Below are positions 45,928 to 48,126 of a DNA stretch of 48,126 nt, piece after piece (positions within the stretch are counted from its first letter, which is position 1; each line of letters begins with the position of its first letter). Source of the stretch: Phycisphaerae bacterium (GTDB lineage Bacteria > Planctomycetota > Phycisphaerae > SM23-33); assembly GCA_046539045.1 (NCBI GenBank), contig JBKHHU010000003.1, positions 1 through 48,126 of the forward strand. The letters are read 5' to 3'. Under the pieces are notes generated by a model. That model did no database searches and had not been told where the DNA came from. It was given only the letters and a program-made list of their open reading frames with translations. Made by a program: the position numbers and the translations under genes.

Positions 45928-47940
45928 ATGGCTTCCGAATCATCCGCGATTCCACAACCGATCACCATCCAGGCGGCAGAGTCCGAACTGGATGAGCTGC
46001 TGAACCTTGAATGGCTGCTGACGAACAATCTCGGCGCCTACAGTTCGCAGACCGTCACCGGCTGCAATACCCGCCGCTACCACGCCCTGCTCGTGGCGGC
46101 CACCACGCCCCCGATGGGCCGGATCGCGACGCTGTCGAACTTCCTGGAAGATCTGACGGTCGACGACATCACCTATTCGCTGACGACCAACGAGTTTTCC
46201 GACACCTTCAGCCCGCGCGGCGCGGTGCACCTGCGGGAATTCCGCGATGGTGCGGCTGCGACGTTCCTTTTCAGGACCAACAGCGTGGAACTGCTGAAGG
46301 AAGTGGTCCTTGCCGACAACGACAACGCCGTGGCCATCCGCTACACCCTTCGTGGTGGAAGCGGTGAATTGCGACTCCGCCCGCTGGTGTCGCTGCGGGA
46401 CTTCCACCACCTTCGCAAGGCCGACCAGTTCCACCAGATGACTTTCGAGCGCCTGATCGGAGGCGTGAGCGTGGAGGACCGGGCGTCCAACAGCGAATCG
46501 CTGTTCATCAGCGCCCAGCAGGCCGATTTCTTCGCCGAGCCACAGTGGTGGTACCGAATTTACTACCGCAAGGATATCGCCCGCGGACAGGACGGCTACG
46601 AAGACCTCTACTCACCCGGCGTCTTCACCTGCGAACTGGCCGACGGAGAAAGCGTGCAGATCACCGCGAGCCTGTCCCAGCCGTGCCCGATCGATTTTGA
46701 CGCGACGGTAGAGCGGCGACGTAAGCGTCTGGAAGGTTTAGCCCAGGCGGTCGAGACCGACAATGAAACCGCCCGACGGTTGGCGATGGCATCCGATGAG
46801 TTTGTCGTGCAGCGTCCGTTCCCGGGACAGGCCAAGAGTTCGACGACCCTGGCCGGGTATCACTGGTTCGCCGATTGGGGGCGGGATTCCTTTATTGCTC
46901 TTCCGGGCCTGCTCCTGGCGACCGGACGGATCCGGCAGGCGAAGGAGGTCTTCACGACATTCGCCCGGAACATCTCCGCGGGGATGATTCCGAACCGGTT
47001 CGACGATTATACCTCCGCGGCCCACTACAACAGTATTGACGCGTCGATGTGGTTCGCCGCGGCCGCAGAGCGGTTCATGCAGAGTGTCGGCGATGAGCAG
47101 TTCTGGAAAGATGTGCTCATGCCCGCGGTCAATTCGATTCTGACCGGATACTCCAACGGGACGCGGTACGGCATCCGGGCCAACTCCGACGGGCTGCTGA
47201 CCGGTGGAGACGTCGAGACGCAGCTGACGTGGATGGACGCGAAACTGGGCGAGGAGGTCGTCACCCCGCGACACGGCAAGGCCGTGGAAGTCAACGCGTT
47301 GTGGTACTGCGCGCACCGCATGATGGCCGAGCGATGCAAAAGCCTGGACAGCGAATTGGCCGACAGCTATGCCGACCGGGCCGAGATGATCGGCAAGGCG
47401 TTCGTGCGGACCTTCTGGAATGAGCAGATGGGTTTCCTGAACGACTGCATCTGCGACGGGACTGCCGATGCGAGCCTCCGGCCGAACCAGATCTTCGCGG
47501 TGAGTCTCCCGCACAGCCCGCTGTCGCCGGAGCAGCAGAAGAAGGTGGTGGACGTCGTGCGCGAGAAGCTGCTGGTTCCGCTGGGTCTGCGGACGCTTTC
47601 GCCGGACGACAAGGACTATCGAGGTCGGTACGGCGGATCGTGGGAATCGCGGGACCGGTCGTATCACCAGGGCACGGCATGGGCGTGGCTGATGGGCCCG
47701 TTCATCGAAGCGTACCTGAAGGTCGAAAACAACAGCCCCGAAGCGATCCGCCAGGCAGAGCAATGGCTGGGGGCGTTCGAAGGCCATCTTCGCGAAGCCG
47801 GACTGGGGACTATCAGCGAGATCTTCGACGGGGATGCGCCGCATACGCCGCGCGGGTGCATCGCGCAAGCCTGGTCGGTCGGGGAGGTTCTGCGGGCGAT
47901 GTTACTCGTGGAGAAGGCCCGGAAGGCTGCGAAACCGTGA
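45928..47940 (+). CDS. Amylo-alpha-1,6-glucosidase (glycogen debranching enzyme, GDE_N plus GDE_C)
   Basis: EWLLTNNLGAYSS..TRRYHALL, AGYHWFADWGRDSFIALPGL, QLTWMDAK..TPRHGKAVEVNALWY, YHQGTAWAW and GCIAQAWSVGE. Confidence 0.94.
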   Translation: MASESSAIPQPITIQAAESELDELLNLEWLLTNNLGAYSSQTVTGCNTRRYHALLVAATTPPMGRIATLSNFLEDLTVDDITYSLTTNEFSDTFSPRGAVHLREFRDGAAATFLFRTNSVELLKEVVLADNDNAVAIRYTLRGGSGELRLRPLVSLRDFHHLRKADQFHQMTFERLIGGVSVEDRASNSESLFISAQQADFFAEPQWWYRIYYRKDIARGQDGYEDLYSPGVFTCELADGESVQITASLSQPCPIDFDATVERRRKRLEGLAQAVETDNETARRLAMASDEFVVQRPFPGQAKSSTTLAGYHWFADWGRDSFIALPGLLLATGRIRQAKEVFTTFARNISAGMIPNRFDDYTSAAHYNSIDASMWFAAAAERFMQSVGDEQFWKDVLMPAVNSILTGYSNGTRYGIRANSDGLLTGGDVETQLTWMDAKLGEEVVTPRHGKAVEVNALWYCAHRMMAERCKSLDSELADSYADRAEMIGKAFVRTFWNEQMGFLNDCICDGTADASLRPNQIFAVSLPHSPLSPEQQKKVVDVVREKLLVPLGLRTLSPDDKDYRGRYGGSWESRDRSYHQGTAWAWLMGPFIEAYLKVENNSPEAIRQAEQWLGAFEGHLREAGLGTISEIFDGDAPHTPRGCIAQAWSVGEVLRAMLLVEKARKAAKP

Positions 47941-48126
47941 CAAGTGCTGCCTGCAAGCCGGAGAGTTTCCTGACGCTGGCGGTTGTCCTGTGCCTGGCCG
48001 CCGCGGCAGGGGCCGAGACGGCAGCCACCCAGCCGGCGGTCACGCTGAGCCCGGCTCAGGAGCCGATCACCGCCGGGACGCCGTGGCGACAGGCCCGGCT
48101 GACCTTTCGGAACACATCGGCCGGGG
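47937..48126 (+). CDS. Secreted hypothetical protein (5' part only)
   Basis: GTG overlaps the preceding TGA. The frame stays open to the window end: VTSAACKPESFLTLAVVLCLAAAAGA|ETAATQPAVTL (signal peptide with AGA cleavage site). Confidence 0.6.
   Translation, partial: MTSAACKPESFLTLAVVLCLAAAAGAETAATQPAVTLSPAQEPITAGTPWRQARLTFRNTSAG

Noticed and set aside
1-48126. CRISPR array, tRNA/rRNA genes, IS elements, prophage
   Set aside because: I saw no regularly spaced repeats, cloverleaf or rRNA signatures, transposases or phage genes by eye. Intergenic gaps are short.

Overview
GC-rich bacterial chromosomal window, most likely a planctomycete (Phycisphaerae-like). This is inferred from the very large SecA, the prepilin/DUF1559-type remnant, the many WPxFxG-type PQQ-like propellers and a dnaA with no dnaN next to it. 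The left arm holds housekeeping genes: carA (partial), a stand-alone SEC-C mini-protein, secA, a Gfo/Idh/MocA oxidoreductase, a heparinase II/III-like protein, araD, pdxJ, dapA and an SRAP/YedK protein. The centre (about 12.5-37.4 kb, minus strand) is an 18-gene, largely translationally coupled cluster that fits no pathway I can name. It combines an isoprenoid module (DUF116-fused polyprenyl synthetase, prenyltransferase/squalene-cyclase-repeat barrel, a radical SAM enzyme resembling archaeal GDGT ring synthases, a ferredoxin), a GT4 glycosyltransferase, a MacB/LolD-type ABC transporter, five PQQ-like and one NHL exported beta-propellers, two twin-arginine Cys/FeS proteins, a NapH-like membrane polyferredoxin and an Stn/HydABC-like flavo-FeS pair whose GltD-like subunit lacks its NADP-binding domain. 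The right arm holds an NDH-2-like flavoprotein, a GT-C/GtrB/methyltransferase surface-glycosylation trio, a GNAT protein, dnaA with an upstream DnaA box, a structured 3' region, a frameshifted gene remnant and a glycogen debranching enzyme. I saw no rRNA, tRNA, CRISPR array or IS element. All family calls come from motif recognition by eye, not database searches.
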